From contig CAWHAE010000010.1 in assembly GCA_963827235.1 (NCBI GenBank), positions 928,001 through 992,000 of the forward strand: DNA of 64,000 bases, written 5' to 3'. Within the stretch, counting starts at the first letter, position 1; every line of letters starts with the position of its first letter. Positions 7,793 through 17,969 of this stretch are shown one piece after another. The DNA comes from an uncultured bacterium. Lineage in GTDB: Bacteria > Chloroflexota > UBA5177 > JANWHV01. Made by a program: the position numbers and the translations under genes. The notes beneath the pieces were generated by a model. The model was not told where the DNA came from, made no database searches, and saw only the letters and a program-made list of their open reading frames with translations.

Positions 7793-9875
7793 CGATGACC
7801 CCCTCCACTACTGTGTCGTAGCCTGCGGCAATTTCCCGGTAAGACAGCAAGACAAGATTTGCGAAATTGCGTTCGATAAGCCGTCTGAGCGGCGAGCGAA
7901 GCTGCGGGGAACAGACCAGCAGCGGTTGATGCCCTCGGCTGGCCATACCCTCCATCTCTCCGGCCAGCGCCCGCAGGAATGCTTCCACCGCGTGCGGCGC
8001 CAGGATCAGCACCGGGCCATCGTCGATCCGCTGGATGGACGATAGCAGCGTCGACTCGAGGCCCGGACTCATGGACAGGAGATGAATGTGCCCATCGATG
8101 CTGACGTTCTGCTGCGAAATAGTCTGGGCCAGGCCGCGACGCGCGTTGTCTACCAGCATGTCCAGGTCGTGAGTCGTGCGCGCGGCATTGCCAATCGCCT
8201 CAAGGATGGTCGGCAAGTCGCGGATGGGCACGCGCTCGTCCAGAAGGCTCTGCAACACGCGCTGCACCTCGCCCAGGCTGAGCAGGTTGGGAATGACTTC
8301 CTCGACGACGGCCGGGTAGTCCGTCTTGAGGTGATTGATCAGGCGTTGCGTCTGCTGCCGGTCGAGTATCTCAGGCGCGTAGCGCTTGATCAGCTCGGTC
8401 AGGTGCGTGGCGATGACCGACCCCGGATCGACCACCGTGTAGCCCAGCACTTCGGCGTGCTCCCGCTGGTCGGGCCTAATCCAGGTCGCAGGCAATCCGA
8501 AAGTCGGCTCGGTGGTCGGCGTGCCACCTATCTCAAAGTCGCCCGTGCCCGGATTCATGGCCAGCAGCTGGGCCGGAAAGACCTCGCCATTGCCGATCAT
8601 GGCGCCACGCAGCAGGACGCGGTACTCGTTTGCGCCGAGGCGCAGGTTGTCGCGTACACGTACGGTCGGCAGGATGATGCCGAGGTCGAGGGCAGTCTGC
8701 CGGCGGATGAGGCTGATTCGCGACAGCAGGTTTGACTCGCCGCTGTCCACCAGGGATACCAGCCCAAAGCCGATTTCGAGCTCCAGCGCATCCAGATTGA
8801 GCAAGTCGACGATATCTTCGGACTCCGACGGCCCCGACTGCGCCGCGCTATCGGCCCTGCCCGCCTCGATCGCGGACGCGGCAGCCTGCTTGTCCGCCAC
8901 GACGCGGGAGGCCAGGAAGATGGCGACGGCCATGATGTAGAACGGCAGCTTGGGTAGCCCGGGTATGGTGCCCAGCACGGCGAGCAGGCCACTAGCTATT
9001 GCAAGGGCCCTCGCGTTGCCGAGAATCTGCTTGACCATGTCGGCCCCGAGGGTGGCGCCGGTCCCCGACGATCGCGTCACGATGATGCCGGTAGCGGTCG
9101 ACACCAGCAGCGCCGGAATCTGGCTCACCAGACCGTCGCCGACCGTGAGCAGGGAATACCTGGAGATCGCAGTGCCCATGTCCAGCCCCTGCTGGACCAC
9201 CCCAACCACGAACCCTCCGCACAGATTCACCACGATCATGATCAGCGCCGCTATGGCGTCGCCGCGCACGAACTTGCTGGCGCCGTCCATGGCACCGTAG
9301 AAGTCCGCTTCCTGTTCGATCTGCTTCTTGCGCGAACGCGCCACCTGTTCAGTGATAAAGCCCGCGGCGAGCTCCGAGTCGATGCTCATCTGCTTGCCGG
9401 GCATGGCATCGAGCGTGAACCTGGCCGCTACCTCGGCCACGCGTCCGGCTCCACTCGTGATGACCACAAACTGGATCACCATGAGAACCAGGAACATCAC
9501 GAGGCCGATAACGATGTTGCCACCCACGACGAACTGACCGAAAGCCTGGATGACGTCGCCCGCGAAGCCGTGCATGAGTATCAGGCGCGTGGCGGCAACG
9601 CTGATACCCAGCCGGAACAGGGTCATGAGCAGCAAGAGCGACGGGAACACCGAGAACTGCAGCGGCGCCGTAATGTACATGGCCACGAGCAGCACAGTCA
9701 CCGTGCACGCAATATTGAGCGTAATGGCGATGTCCAGCATGATGGCCGGCATGGGCACGATCATCATGAGAACGATCGTCATCACGGCGCCCGCCATGAG
9801 TGCATCGTTGCTGAGCACCAACGCGCTCAGACCTGAGCGCTGGTTCGGTGCCGCCATGCTAGGGTTCATGCTCAT
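7770..9875 (-). CDS. flhA: Flagellar export gate protein FlhA
   Basis: FSVFPSLLL, GAGRVAEVAARFTLDAMPGKQMSID, EADFYGAMDGASKFVRGDA. Confidence 0.97.
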   Translation of the reverse strand: MSMNPSMAAPNQRSGLSALVLSNDALMAGAVMTIVLMMIVPMPAIMLDIAITLNIACTVTVLLVAMYITAPLQFSVFPSLLLLMTLFRLGISVAATRLILMHGFAGDVIQAFGQFVVGGNIVIGLVMFLVLMVIQFVVITSGAGRVAEVAARFTLDAMPGKQMSIDSELAAGFITEQVARSRKKQIEQEADFYGAMDGASKFVRGDAIAALIMIVVNLCGGFVVGVVQQGLDMGTAISRYSLLTVGDGLVSQIPALLVSTATGIIVTRSSGTGATLGADMVKQILGNARALAIASGLLAVLGTIPGLPKLPFYIMAVAIFLASRVVADKQAAASAIEAGRADSAAQSGPSESEDIVDLLNLDALELEIGFGLVSLVDSGESNLLSRISLIRRQTALDLGIILPTVRVRDNLRLGANEYRVLLRGAMIGNGEVFPAQLLAMNPGTGDFEIGGTPTTEPTFGLPATWIRPDQREHAEVLGYTVVDPGSVIATHLTELIKRYAPEILDRQQTQRLINHLKTDYPAVVEEVIPNLLSLGEVQRVLQSLLDERVPIRDLPTILEAIGNAARTTHDLDMLVDNARRGLAQTISQQNVSIDGHIHLLSMSPGLESTLLSSIQRIDDGPVLILAPHAVEAFLRALAGEMEGMASRGHQPLLVCSPQLRSPLRRLIERNFANLVLLSYREIAAGYDTVVEGVIDVELANR

Positions 9876-9898
9876 GTGCTCGCTTCAGCTGGTCGCCA

Positions 9899-10981
9899 TC
9901 ACCGCGCAAAGCGTCGCGGCGCGCGCATGCGGTAGACGAAGGCCAACACCTGCGCCACCGCTTTGTAGAGCTCTGCCGGAATGTCCTGATTAATCTCCAC
10001 GGACTTGAACAGCGCCTGGGCCAACGGCCGGTTCTCCACCATGGGGATGTTGTGATTCCTGGCGATTTCCTTGATGCGCAACGCGAAGAGGCGCTGCCCC
10101 TTGGCGATCACCTTCGGCGCTCTCATCTTGCCCGGCGTGTACTGGAGCGCTACCGCGTAGTGCGTCGGATTCGTCACCACAACGTCCGCCTGCGGCACGG
10201 CTCGCAGGTTGGGCCCGCTGAGCAGTTTCCTGAGGCGGCGGCGGCCGATCTGGCGGATGCGAGCGCGAATCTGGGGGTTACCTTCCAATCGCTTGAGCTC
10301 CTCCTTGAGCTCCTGCTTGGACATCCTCTGCCGCCTGCGCCAGGCCCACTGGCGATAGACGAAATCGACCACGCCGATGGCGACGAAAGCGACCGCTACT
10401 TGCATTGCAAGCCTGGTAACGTCGTCCCATAACGCCGACGCCGCGAAGGCGTTATCCATGAACGAAAGCTGCGGCACGAGGCTCTGCCAGGTCGGCTGCC
10501 AGGTAAAGACGATGAGCCCGATGACTGAGATCTTCAGCAAGACCTTTGCGAGCTGGATCAGGGCTTCCCGACCGAAGATGTGTTTGAAGTTGCTTCCTGG
10601 GTTGAGCTTCCTGAACGACGGCTTAATTGTCTGGAGGGTGAGAAGCCCGCGCGTGTTGATCGCGCCGATCGCCACGACACCGATGATGGCGGCCATCGCC
10701 AGGGGGGCAAGCAGCTCCAATCCGGTCAGGAAGTCAGACCGAAGCTGGACGCCCACGGTCGTTTGCGTGATCTGCGCCGGATGGGCGGCTCGTGCCAGGT
10801 CCTGCGACAGGATGCCTTCCAGCCCTTGCACGACGTGCACCGCTTGCTGTTGCAGAACGATGAGGCTCACCAGGGCCATGACAGCACCGGTGATCTCGGG
10901 GCTGGTGGGCACGTCGCCGTGCTCGCGAGCTTCTCGCAGCTTGTGTGAGGTCGGCGCTTCGGTCTTTTCCTGGTCAGGCAT
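9899..10981 (-). CDS. flhB: Flagellar export switch protein FlhB
   Basis: EKTEAPT N-terminus, MSKQELKEELKRLEGNP and the NPTH autocleavage motif. Confidence 0.96.
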   Translation of the reverse strand: MPDQEKTEAPTSHKLREAREHGDVPTSPEITGAVMALVSLIVLQQQAVHVVQGLEGILSQDLARAAHPAQITQTTVGVQLRSDFLTGLELLAPLAMAAIIGVVAIGAINTRGLLTLQTIKPSFRKLNPGSNFKHIFGREALIQLAKVLLKISVIGLIVFTWQPTWQSLVPQLSFMDNAFAASALWDDVTRLAMQVAVAFVAIGVVDFVYRQWAWRRRQRMSKQELKEELKRLEGNPQIRARIRQIGRRRLRKLLSGPNLRAVPQADVVVTNPTHYAVALQYTPGKMRAPKVIAKGQRLFALRIKEIARNHNIPMVENRPLAQALFKSVEINQDIPAELYKAVAQVLAFVYRMRAPRRFAR

Positions 10982-11006
10982 TCGTGAATCCGTCCTCCGC
11001 CGTGGC

Positions 11007-11780
11007 CTACGTGTGGTGAACGAGATCGAGCATGACGTTGGGTACCTGGTCCGTGAGGTGCCCCACGATCAGCACGGTGCCCGCCAGACTGGCCGACATG
11101 GCCAGCAGGCCGAACAGGATGTTGAGCGGCAGACTGAGCACGAACACGTTGAGCTGCGGAAGCGATCGGCTGACTACGCCCAGGATGAGGTCGGTCGCGA
11201 ACAACGTCGCGGCGACCGGCATGGCGATCTGCACGCCGATCTGCGTCACCGCGATAAGATCTCCGACCGCGGACTGCACCAACGATGGGGAAAACGACCC
11301 GCTCCCGAGGGGAGTTAGGTCGAACGACCGTGCCAGCGAAGCGATAAGCCAGAGGTCGCCGTTCATGGCCAGAAAGGTCATGCCGATCACCACGGTGTAG
11401 AACTGGGTCATTACGGAGTCGGTGGTCTCCGTCAAAGGATTGAGCACCGCGGACATGCTGAGTCCGAATTGCAGGCTGACGATCCCGCCGGCCGTGAGCA
11501 GAGCCAGGAAGATGGCGCGAGCCACCAGGCCCATGGCAAGACCCACCAGGAGCTGCACAAGGACAGCCAGAGAAAACGGGAAGAGACCGGTCGGCGCCTG
11601 CATGCGCTGAACCACCGGCACCTGGACCAGAACGATCGTCAGCACAATCACCAGCCCGACTTTGATCATGCGAGGAATCTGCGCGTCGCCGATCAGCGGA
11701 GCGCTCGAGACGAGACCACCGACCCGTGCCAGAACCAGCAGGAATATAGCAATCTCATCGGCGCTGAACTGCGCGTTCAT
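11007..11780 (-). CDS. fliR: Flagellar biosynthesis protein FliR
   Basis: Multi-TM with ARVGGLVSSAP and SRSLPQLNVF. ATG 11780 overlaps the fliQ stop. Confidence 0.93.
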   Translation of the reverse strand: MNAQFSADEIAIFLLVLARVGGLVSSAPLIGDAQIPRMIKVGLVIVLTIVLVQVPVVQRMQAPTGLFPFSLAVLVQLLVGLAMGLVARAIFLALLTAGGIVSLQFGLSMSAVLNPLTETTDSVMTQFYTVVIGMTFLAMNGDLWLIASLARSFDLTPLGSGSFSPSLVQSAVGDLIAVTQIGVQIAMPVAATLFATDLILGVVSRSLPQLNVFVLSLPLNILFGLLAMSASLAGTVLIVGHLTDQVPNVMLDLVHHT

Positions 11781-12046
11781 CCTCGGCCGCCCGGCGTGTA
11801 GCTCAGCATTTGCACGGCGAACTGCACGAGCTGGTGAAACATCCACGGCCCGAATACCGCCAGGGCCGCGAATACCGAGACAATCTTCGGCACGAGGGCG
11901 AGCGTGGAGTCGTTGATCTGGGTTACCGCCTGGAAGATGCTAACGATCACACCGGTAACCAAGCCGATCAAGAGTACCGGCAGGCTGAGCTCGAGGGACA
12001 GAGTCAGCGCACTCTGCAGTACCGAGAACACGTCCGCCTGGCTCAT
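11777..12046 (-). CDS. fliQ: Flagellar biosynthesis protein FliQ
   Basis: MSQADVF...GVIVSIFQAVTQINDSTLALVPKI...GPWM. True start is 12046, inside the longer 11777-12574 ORF. Confidence 0.93.
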   Translation of the reverse strand: MSQADVFSVLQSALTLSLELSLPVLLIGLVTGVIVSIFQAVTQINDSTLALVPKIVSVFAALAVFGPWMFHQLVQFAVQMLSYTPGGRG

Positions 12047-12217
12047 GCTGTGCCGCCCCGTTTCGACGAGTGCCCCTTGAAGTGCGAAACGCGACCCTTG
12101 TCGCACCAATACTGTAGCGACGCCCAGCTGTCTCACCCCAAGCGCTGTACGGGCCGCTTTTGCCGCCTCTGCTACCATGAGCGGAGACGGCGCGGCCGGC
12201 AGCCACGGAGACGAAAC

Positions 12218-12787
12218 GTGATATTTCAGGAAACGAAGCTCAAGGGTGCGTTCATCATCGACATCGAGCCCCGCGCGGACGATCGCGGCTTCTTCGCGCG
12301 AGTATTCTGCCAGCGCGAATTCGCCGAGCATGGGCTGAAGCCCCTGATCGCGCAGGCCAGCATTGCCCTGAACAAGCGAAAGGGCACCGTGCGTGGCATG
12401 CACTTTCAGTTCCCGCCCGCTGCCGAAACCAAGCTCGTGCGGGCCACCAAAGGCGCGATCCTGGACGTGATCTGCGATCTGCGGCCCGAAAGTCCAACGT
12501 ATCTGCAGCACGTCGCAGTCGAGCTCACAGATGACAACTACCGAGCGTTGTACGTTCCGGAGCGTTTTGCGCACGGCTATCAGGTGCTCATGGACAACAC
12601 GGAGACGAGCTACCTGATCGGAGAGTTTTACACGCCGGCGGTGGAAGGCGGGCTGCGATGCGACGATCCGCGGCTCGGTTTGAAGTGGCCCCTGCCTGTG
12701 GCCGAGATCTCGCCTAAAGACGCAGCGTTGAAGCTGCTCGACGAGATAGAGCCGGAGCTGAAGCGGAGAATGGCCGCTTCTACTTGA
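12218..12787 (+). CDS. rmlC: dTDP-4-dehydrorhamnose 3,5-epimerase (RmlC family)
   Basis: GTG 12218 gives IFQETKLKGAFIID..DDRGFFAR..GTVRGMHFQ..ETKLVR..GAILDVICDLRPESPTY..FAHGYQ..DDPRLGLKWP. Confidence 0.92.
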   Translation: MIFQETKLKGAFIIDIEPRADDRGFFARVFCQREFAEHGLKPLIAQASIALNKRKGTVRGMHFQFPPAAETKLVRATKGAILDVICDLRPESPTYLQHVAVELTDDNYRALYVPERFAHGYQVLMDNTETSYLIGEFYTPAVEGGLRCDDPRLGLKWPLPVAEISPKDAALKLLDEIEPELKRRMAAST

Positions 12788-13451
12788 AGCCGAGCAGTAG
12801 CGACTGCACTACCAGGTGCCAGCCGTCCACCATCACGAACAAGAGCAGCTTGAACGGCAGCGAGATAGTGGTCGGCGGCAGCATCATCATGCCCATGGCC
12901 ATGAGGGCGCTGGATACCACGATGTCGATGATCAGGAACGGCAGGAAGATCATGAAGCCGATCTGGAATGCCGTGTGCAACTCGCTCAGGATGAAAGCCG
13001 GGATAAGGACCAAGGTCGACACGTCCGCCTGCGTGCGGGGCTGTTTGTCGTGCGCCGCGTAGAGCATGAGCGAGAGGTCCTCGGAACGGACCTGCTTGAA
13101 CATGAACGTTCGTAGGGGTACCTGGGCGCGGTTGATCGCCTGCTCCTGCGTGATCTGGTTGTTCATGAGCGGGCTGAGCGCCGTGTTGTACACGTCGGTG
13201 AACGTCGGCGTCATCACGAAGAAGGTGAGGAACAGAGCCAGCCCGGTGAGGACCTGGTTCGGCGGCGTCTGCGGGATGCCGATGGCTGAGCGCACAAACC
13301 CCAGCACAACGATGATGCGTGTGAAGCCGGTGAGCATGATGACCAGGGTCGGGGCCAGCGTGACCAGCGTGACGAGCAGAATGATCTCGACCGCACTGCT
13401 CATCCCGCCGCCGCCGGGTCCTACTCCGACGTGAATCGAGGGAATGTTCAT
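12780..13451 (-). CDS. fliP: Flagellar biosynthesis protein FliP
   Basis: TGFTRIIVVLGFVRSAIG..QTPPNQVL, PAFILSEL and MGMMMLPPTTISLPFKLLLFVMVDGW. Confidence 0.96.
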   Translation of the reverse strand: MNIPSIHVGVGPGGGGMSSAVEIILLVTLVTLAPTLVIMLTGFTRIIVVLGFVRSAIGIPQTPPNQVLTGLALFLTFFVMTPTFTDVYNTALSPLMNNQITQEQAINRAQVPLRTFMFKQVRSEDLSLMLYAAHDKQPRTQADVSTLVLIPAFILSELHTAFQIGFMIFLPFLIIDIVVSSALMAMGMMMLPPTTISLPFKLLLFVMVDGWHLVVQSLLLGFK

Positions 13452-14362
13452 GCTCGCTCGACCCTCTTTCGCAGATCGCGCAGGCGACCGACCGCTCCGT
13501 CGAGATCCAGATCATTCGCCGGCTCAGTCGAGGCCGCAAAGCGCCGGCGGATGCTGTCCTGCAGGTGAAGCACCGGGCGAGGCTGGACCCTGGTCCTCGC
13601 TGGACCGCCGGCCGGTCGCACCACCCGGCGGACTACCTGCTGCACCAGAGAGTCGCCTCCGTCCGCGCTCTGCGCCTCGGACAGCTCGGTGATGAACGAG
13701 GGCAGCTCGTCGCTCGACGATGGCGGCGCGGCGCTGAACGCGGGCTGCTCCGCGCCCGTTGGCTGCTGCTCTGCACCTATGGCAATATCAGGCAGCATAG
13801 GAAGTGTTCGCTTGTGCGCGTAGCGGGCGCGGAGCCGCTCGACTTCGTCCTGATCGGCAATGGTCGTGATCGGGCTTACGCCCGACGCGGACACACCGAC
13901 CACAACGATGCTCTCGCCGAGATCGAGTAAGCAGACCCTGTGCTTGTCGCCGAGCGACTCCGTGTGCAGAACCATGGGCCGGGCTTTCCCTGGGCCCGGC
14001 TGCCGGCCTCCAGGCATGACGAGCTTCAGGACGCGCAGGCATGCGAAGAGCAGGATGAGGACGATGGCGAACTTGGCGCTGAGCATGAGTATCGAACCAC
14101 CGTCGAAGCTCACCGGCCCGCTCGAATCGGGCAGGCTGTAGGGTGCAACGCTCAGCTGGCCGGCAGTCCGGCCGCCGTCGCTGCGCGATCCAGCCTTCTG
14201 TATCGGCGTCGCGACGGCGCCATGTATGCTGCCGTCATGCGCTGCGGCGACGGCGTGCGCGCTCAGTGCGCCGGCAGCGGCCCCGACCGGGCAGGCATTG
14301 AAGCCCCAGCACATCAGCGAAAGCGTGAGCACCGCGCCGAGGGCGAGCCCCTGCCGTCTCAT
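13448..14362 (-). CDS. fliO: FliO/FliZ family flagellar protein
   Basis: Signal-like N-terminus, TM, then LHTESLGDKHRVCLLDLGESIVVVGVSASGVSPI (FliO domain). Lies between fliN and fliP. Confidence 0.75.
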   Translation of the reverse strand: MRRQGLALGAVLTLSLMCWGFNACPVGAAAGALSAHAVAAAHDGSIHGAVATPIQKAGSRSDGGRTAGQLSVAPYSLPDSSGPVSFDGGSILMLSAKFAIVLILLFACLRVLKLVMPGGRQPGPGKARPMVLHTESLGDKHRVCLLDLGESIVVVGVSASGVSPITTIADQDEVERLRARYAHKRTLPMLPDIAIGAEQQPTGAEQPAFSAAPPSSSDELPSFITELSEAQSADGGDSLVQQVVRRVVRPAGGPARTRVQPRPVLHLQDSIRRRFAASTEPANDLDLDGAVGRLRDLRKRVERA

Positions 14363-15396
14363 GGTCTACCTCGAACAATCTCGGAGATGCGGACACCAAA
14401 ACTCTCATCGACTATCACGACTTCGCCGCGGGCGATGAGCTGGTCATTTACCAGAACGTCCACCGGCTCACCGGCCAGCCTGTCCAGCTCCACGACCGAA
14501 CCGTTGCCGAGAGCAAGGACCTCTCGCACGGACAGCGTGGCATGGCCCAGCTCGACCGACACTCTGAGCTGTACGTCCCGAATCAGATCGATATTGCTGG
14601 AGCGGCCGGCGGGCTGATCGGGCCCAAGCTGCTGGAATTGCACGCTCTGCACGGAGGACTGCGGCTGGGCAGGGCCGCGCGGTGCAGGCGCCGCGCGCTG
14701 CTCTTGAGCGGCTGTGTTCGCGAACGACGTCGCCGGAGCGGGCGCGGTATATGCCGGTTGTGCGGGCTGCAGGGGCGGCGCGCTGGGCGCCGCCGGCGCC
14801 GCGCCTTCCTTGTCGATGCCAAGCAGCGCCTGCTCACCGGTCTGACCGATTATCGCCTGCATGTGGCTGACTTCGCCGGTGTCGGTCGTGATCTCGAGGT
14901 GCAGACTGTACAGCGTTTCCTCGGCGGCCATCCCGGGCGGCATGTCGCAGTGCAGCTGGCCGGCCGGGTCCGGAGCGATGGGATCGAGATTAGCCAACCA
15001 CGCGCGAGGAGCAGGCTGGAACCACGGCAGGTCCGCGGCCAACGTGTCGACGAACGAGCTGATGATGTCTCCAAGACGAAGCAGCGCATCGGCAGCCAGG
15101 ATCTCTCCACCGTCCGGCGTGCCCAGGGCGAAAAGCTCAGACAGCTCATGCGCATCCGCCAGCACGACCACGCTGTGCATGACGTCCTTGGGGTGCTCGA
15201 ACTGCAACTCGATGAGCACATTGAGCTCGACGATCGCGAGGTCGCTCATCGAGACCGCGTCGCGGCTGCTCAGCGACACGGTCAGCTTCCGGTCTGCAAC
15301 CCCAGCCAGCACGTCCTGGCTAGAGCGGTGAAGCTGAGCAATAGCCTGGCTTGCCGACAGCGAAATGAGGTACTCCGGCTGCGCTTCTTTGATCAT
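14359..15396 (-). CDS. fliN: Flagellar switch protein FliN with long N-terminal extension (FliY-like)
   Basis: C-terminal SpoA domain NIDLIRDVQLRVSVELG..GSVVELDRLAGEPVDVLVN..ARGEVV..FGVRI. Confidence 0.88.
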   Translation of the reverse strand: MIKEAQPEYLISLSASQAIAQLHRSSQDVLAGVADRKLTVSLSSRDAVSMSDLAIVELNVLIELQFEHPKDVMHSVVVLADAHELSELFALGTPDGGEILAADALLRLGDIISSFVDTLAADLPWFQPAPRAWLANLDPIAPDPAGQLHCDMPPGMAAEETLYSLHLEITTDTGEVSHMQAIIGQTGEQALLGIDKEGAAPAAPSAPPLQPAQPAYTAPAPATSFANTAAQEQRAAPAPRGPAQPQSSVQSVQFQQLGPDQPAGRSSNIDLIRDVQLRVSVELGHATLSVREVLALGNGSVVELDRLAGEPVDVLVNDQLIARGEVVIVDESFGVRISEIVRGRP

Positions 15397-16391
15397 TGCA
15401 GACTCTCATCCGGCACTATCCCGACGATCTGGACGCCGACGCCATGTCGTCGCAGCCCAGGCCGAGCGTAAAAGGTCGGCTTGTTGTTGACGGTTACTAT
15501 CAGTGGATCGGATGCCAGCCCGTCGAGGCGCAGAATGTCGTCGACCTGCAGATTGACCACCTCGCCAAGCGCTAGCTCCGTCGTGCCGAGCAATACGTTA
15601 AGCGGCACGTTGACTCGATTGAGACGTTGAGGTGCCTCGGCCAGCTCCTGCTCCGTGGCCTGATCGCGCGGCCCAGCTGCAAACACGGTCTGCACGTTCA
15701 GCTCGGGAGCGATAGGTTCCAGAACGGGATAAGGGATGCACATGCTCATCGTAGTCGACCGTCCAAGCGCCCGGAGATCGAAGAGCAGCAGCAACACCGG
15801 CTCAGTCACCGGGGCGATCTGCAAGAAGCGAGGCGTGTACTCGAGCCGCATCAGCCTGGTCTCGAGTGGCATCACATGCTCCCACGCCACGGTGAAGGCA
15901 GAGATGAATACGCCGGATATTGCCTGAAGCAGCACGTCTTCGATCTCGGTCACCTCACGGTCGTGAGGGGCCGCGATTCCTGCCCCTCCCAGCAACCGGT
16001 CGAGCATGATGAACGCCGTTTCGAGGTCGTACTCGAATACGAACGTCCCGGGTAGCGGCGCGGCGGTCATGAGGGTGAGCAGTGTCGTCGAGGCAAGCCC
16101 CTTCGCGTATTCGTCGAACACCGCCTGCTGAAGCGACACGAGAGCCACGTGCACTTGCGTTCGCATCATCGTCGAGAGGTTGTGCGTCGCGTCACGGGCG
16201 AACCCTTCAAACACGAGCTGCAGAGCACGAAGCTGCTCCTTCGACAGCTTGCTGGGATGCCTGAAGTCGTAGGCCCGTACGGAGTGAAACTTCTCCTCTT
16301 GAGCGAACGAGGTGTCCGTCTTGCCCATGGCCTGGGCAAGCAGAGAATCAATTACATTCTGAGTAAGAATGTCGTCGGCCACTCCAGCCAT
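15393..16391 (-). CDS. fliM: Flagellar motor switch protein FliM
   Basis: ILTQNVIDSLL (CheY-P site variant), YDFRHPSKLSKEQLRAL, DRLLGG, REVTEIE and a C-terminal SpoA domain. Confidence 0.95.
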   Translation of the reverse strand: MAGVADDILTQNVIDSLLAQAMGKTDTSFAQEEKFHSVRAYDFRHPSKLSKEQLRALQLVFEGFARDATHNLSTMMRTQVHVALVSLQQAVFDEYAKGLASTTLLTLMTAAPLPGTFVFEYDLETAFIMLDRLLGGAGIAAPHDREVTEIEDVLLQAISGVFISAFTVAWEHVMPLETRLMRLEYTPRFLQIAPVTEPVLLLLFDLRALGRSTTMSMCIPYPVLEPIAPELNVQTVFAAGPRDQATEQELAEAPQRLNRVNVPLNVLLGTTELALGEVVNLQVDDILRLDGLASDPLIVTVNNKPTFYARPGLRRHGVGVQIVGIVPDESLQ

Positions 16392-16418
16392 CCCCTTGAG
16401 ACTACTAGGGCTTTCGAA

Positions 16419-17117
16419 TCAGGTTTGCGGGTAAAGCACGATGATGTCGGCATGGCGATTCTTCGCCCTGCCCGCGGCAGTTTCGTTCGACGCCAACGGA
16501 TGGTATTGGCCAAGTCCCATGGCCTGCAGGCGAGGGGGCTTGATGCCGTTGCTGGCGAAGAACTGCACGATGGAGACCGCACGCATCGCCGAGAGCTCCC
16601 AGTTCGACATCTGGGGCTGGAGCTCGCTATCCGTGTTGCCCTGCACTCGCACGTCGTTGGGCATTGGCTTGAGCGCCGTGGCGATGCCCTTCAACAGAAC
16701 AGCGGACTCGGGCTTGAGCGTCCAGCCGCCAGGGTAGAAGAGCACGTCTCCTGAAATGCTGATCAACACGCCGTCCCTCGCGGTGCCGACCGTCAGCACG
16801 TTCTGCTGCAGGCCGACCATCCTTGCCACCTTCGCCAGCTCGCTCTTCAGCTGCTGGGCCAGGTTCTTTGCGCCCTTAACGGGCCCGCTCTGTTGCTGGT
16901 TACTCCCGGGCGTACCGCCCAGGGTAACGAGCTGAAAGCTGCCGTTGTTGAAGGCCTGACGGAGGGCGCCGGTGAGATCCTCGAACTTCCTGGCGTCGAC
17001 CGTGGACATGGAGTACATGAGTACGAAGAAGATCATGAGCAGGGTGATGAGGTCGGAGTAAGTGAGCACCCAGCGATCGCTGTTCTCCTTGACGACCTTT
17101 GCCTTCTTGGCTCTCAT
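16419..17117 (-). CDS. motB: Flagellar stator protein MotB
   Basis: RWVLTYSDLITLLMIFFVLMYSMS TM with conserved Asp. OmpA-like domain SNWELSAMRA..N..AGRAKNR. Confidence 0.95.
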   Translation of the reverse strand: MRAKKAKVVKENSDRWVLTYSDLITLLMIFFVLMYSMSTVDARKFEDLTGALRQAFNNGSFQLVTLGGTPGSNQQQSGPVKGAKNLAQQLKSELAKVARMVGLQQNVLTVGTARDGVLISISGDVLFYPGGWTLKPESAVLLKGIATALKPMPNDVRVQGNTDSELQPQMSNWELSAMRAVSIVQFFASNGIKPPRLQAMGLGQYHPLASNETAAGRAKNRHADIIVLYPQT

Positions 17118-17120
17118 CGA

Positions 17121-17969
17121 CTACGCCCCTGCCTTGGAAGGAGCCCCGGCCGCCCCGGCTGCCGCGGGCGCAGCCTGCGGAGCCGCCGCTTCCTTCTTGC
17201 CCTTCTTCCCGCTCACCGGCGCGAGGTACCCGGCCAGCTTGTCTTCGACGATTCGCGGGTTATCGCCGTTCTGGATGGCCTCAACGCCGTCAATGATCAG
17301 GGCATCCATCTCTGCCTCGGTGGCCGACCGCCGCTTCAGCTTCGTGGCCACGGGTAGCCAAAGGAGGTTGGCCGAGCCGACGCCGTAGAGCGTCGCCGTA
17401 AAGGCCACCGCGATGGAGCCGGCAAGCTCGGCTGCGTTGCTAATGTGAGCGAGAATGCGAATCAGTCCAAGCACGGTTCCCAGGATGCCCAGCGTCGGTG
17501 CGTAGCCACCGAGCGCCTCGAAGAGGGCGATTCCCACCTCATGACGTGCCTCGCGCGCCGACACTTCAATCTCGAGCACCGACTTGACGACCTCGGGGTC
17601 CGTGCCGTCGACCACGAGACCAATCCCTTTCTTGAGCAGCTGATGGTCGATGCCGGCAACCTCCTGCTCGAGAGCCAAGAGCCCTTCCTTGCGCGCCCGG
17701 CCGGCCAGCTGTACGAACTGCTGCACCAGCGGTCTAGCATCGGTGGCAGGCTCCTTGAACGCGAAACCGATGAGCTTCGGCATTCGCTTCACCACGGAGA
17801 GGGGAAACGACACGAATGCGACGCCGAGCGTGCCTCCGAACACGACCATGCCGGCCGAGATATTGACATACGCGAAAAGGCTGCCGCCATCGATGAGGAT
17901 GGAACCGCATATACCGCCGAGCGCCAGAACAAACCCGATTAGGGTTGCCTTGTCGAGCTTGCGTTTCAT
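17121..17969 (-). CDS. motA: Flagellar stator protein MotA
   Basis: ARKEGLLALE, LVVDG, GGYAPTLGILGTVLGLI, AFTATLYGV and GDNPR. Confidence 0.95.
   Translation of the reverse strand: MKRKLDKATLIGFVLALGGICGSILIDGGSLFAYVNISAGMVVFGGTLGVAFVSFPLSVVKRMPKLIGFAFKEPATDARPLVQQFVQLAGRARKEGLLALEQEVAGIDHQLLKKGIGLVVDGTDPEVVKSVLEIEVSAREARHEVGIALFEALGGYAPTLGILGTVLGLIRILAHISNAAELAGSIAVAFTATLYGVGSANLLWLPVATKLKRRSATEAEMDALIIDGVEAIQNGDNPRIVEDKLAGYLAPVSGKKGKKEAAAPQAAPAAAGAAGAPSKAGA

Noticed and set aside
11810-12574. Apparent N-terminal extensions fusing rmlC or fliQ to extra domains
   Set aside because: The extensions are mutual antisense read-through. Family-typical starts are at 12218 and 12046.
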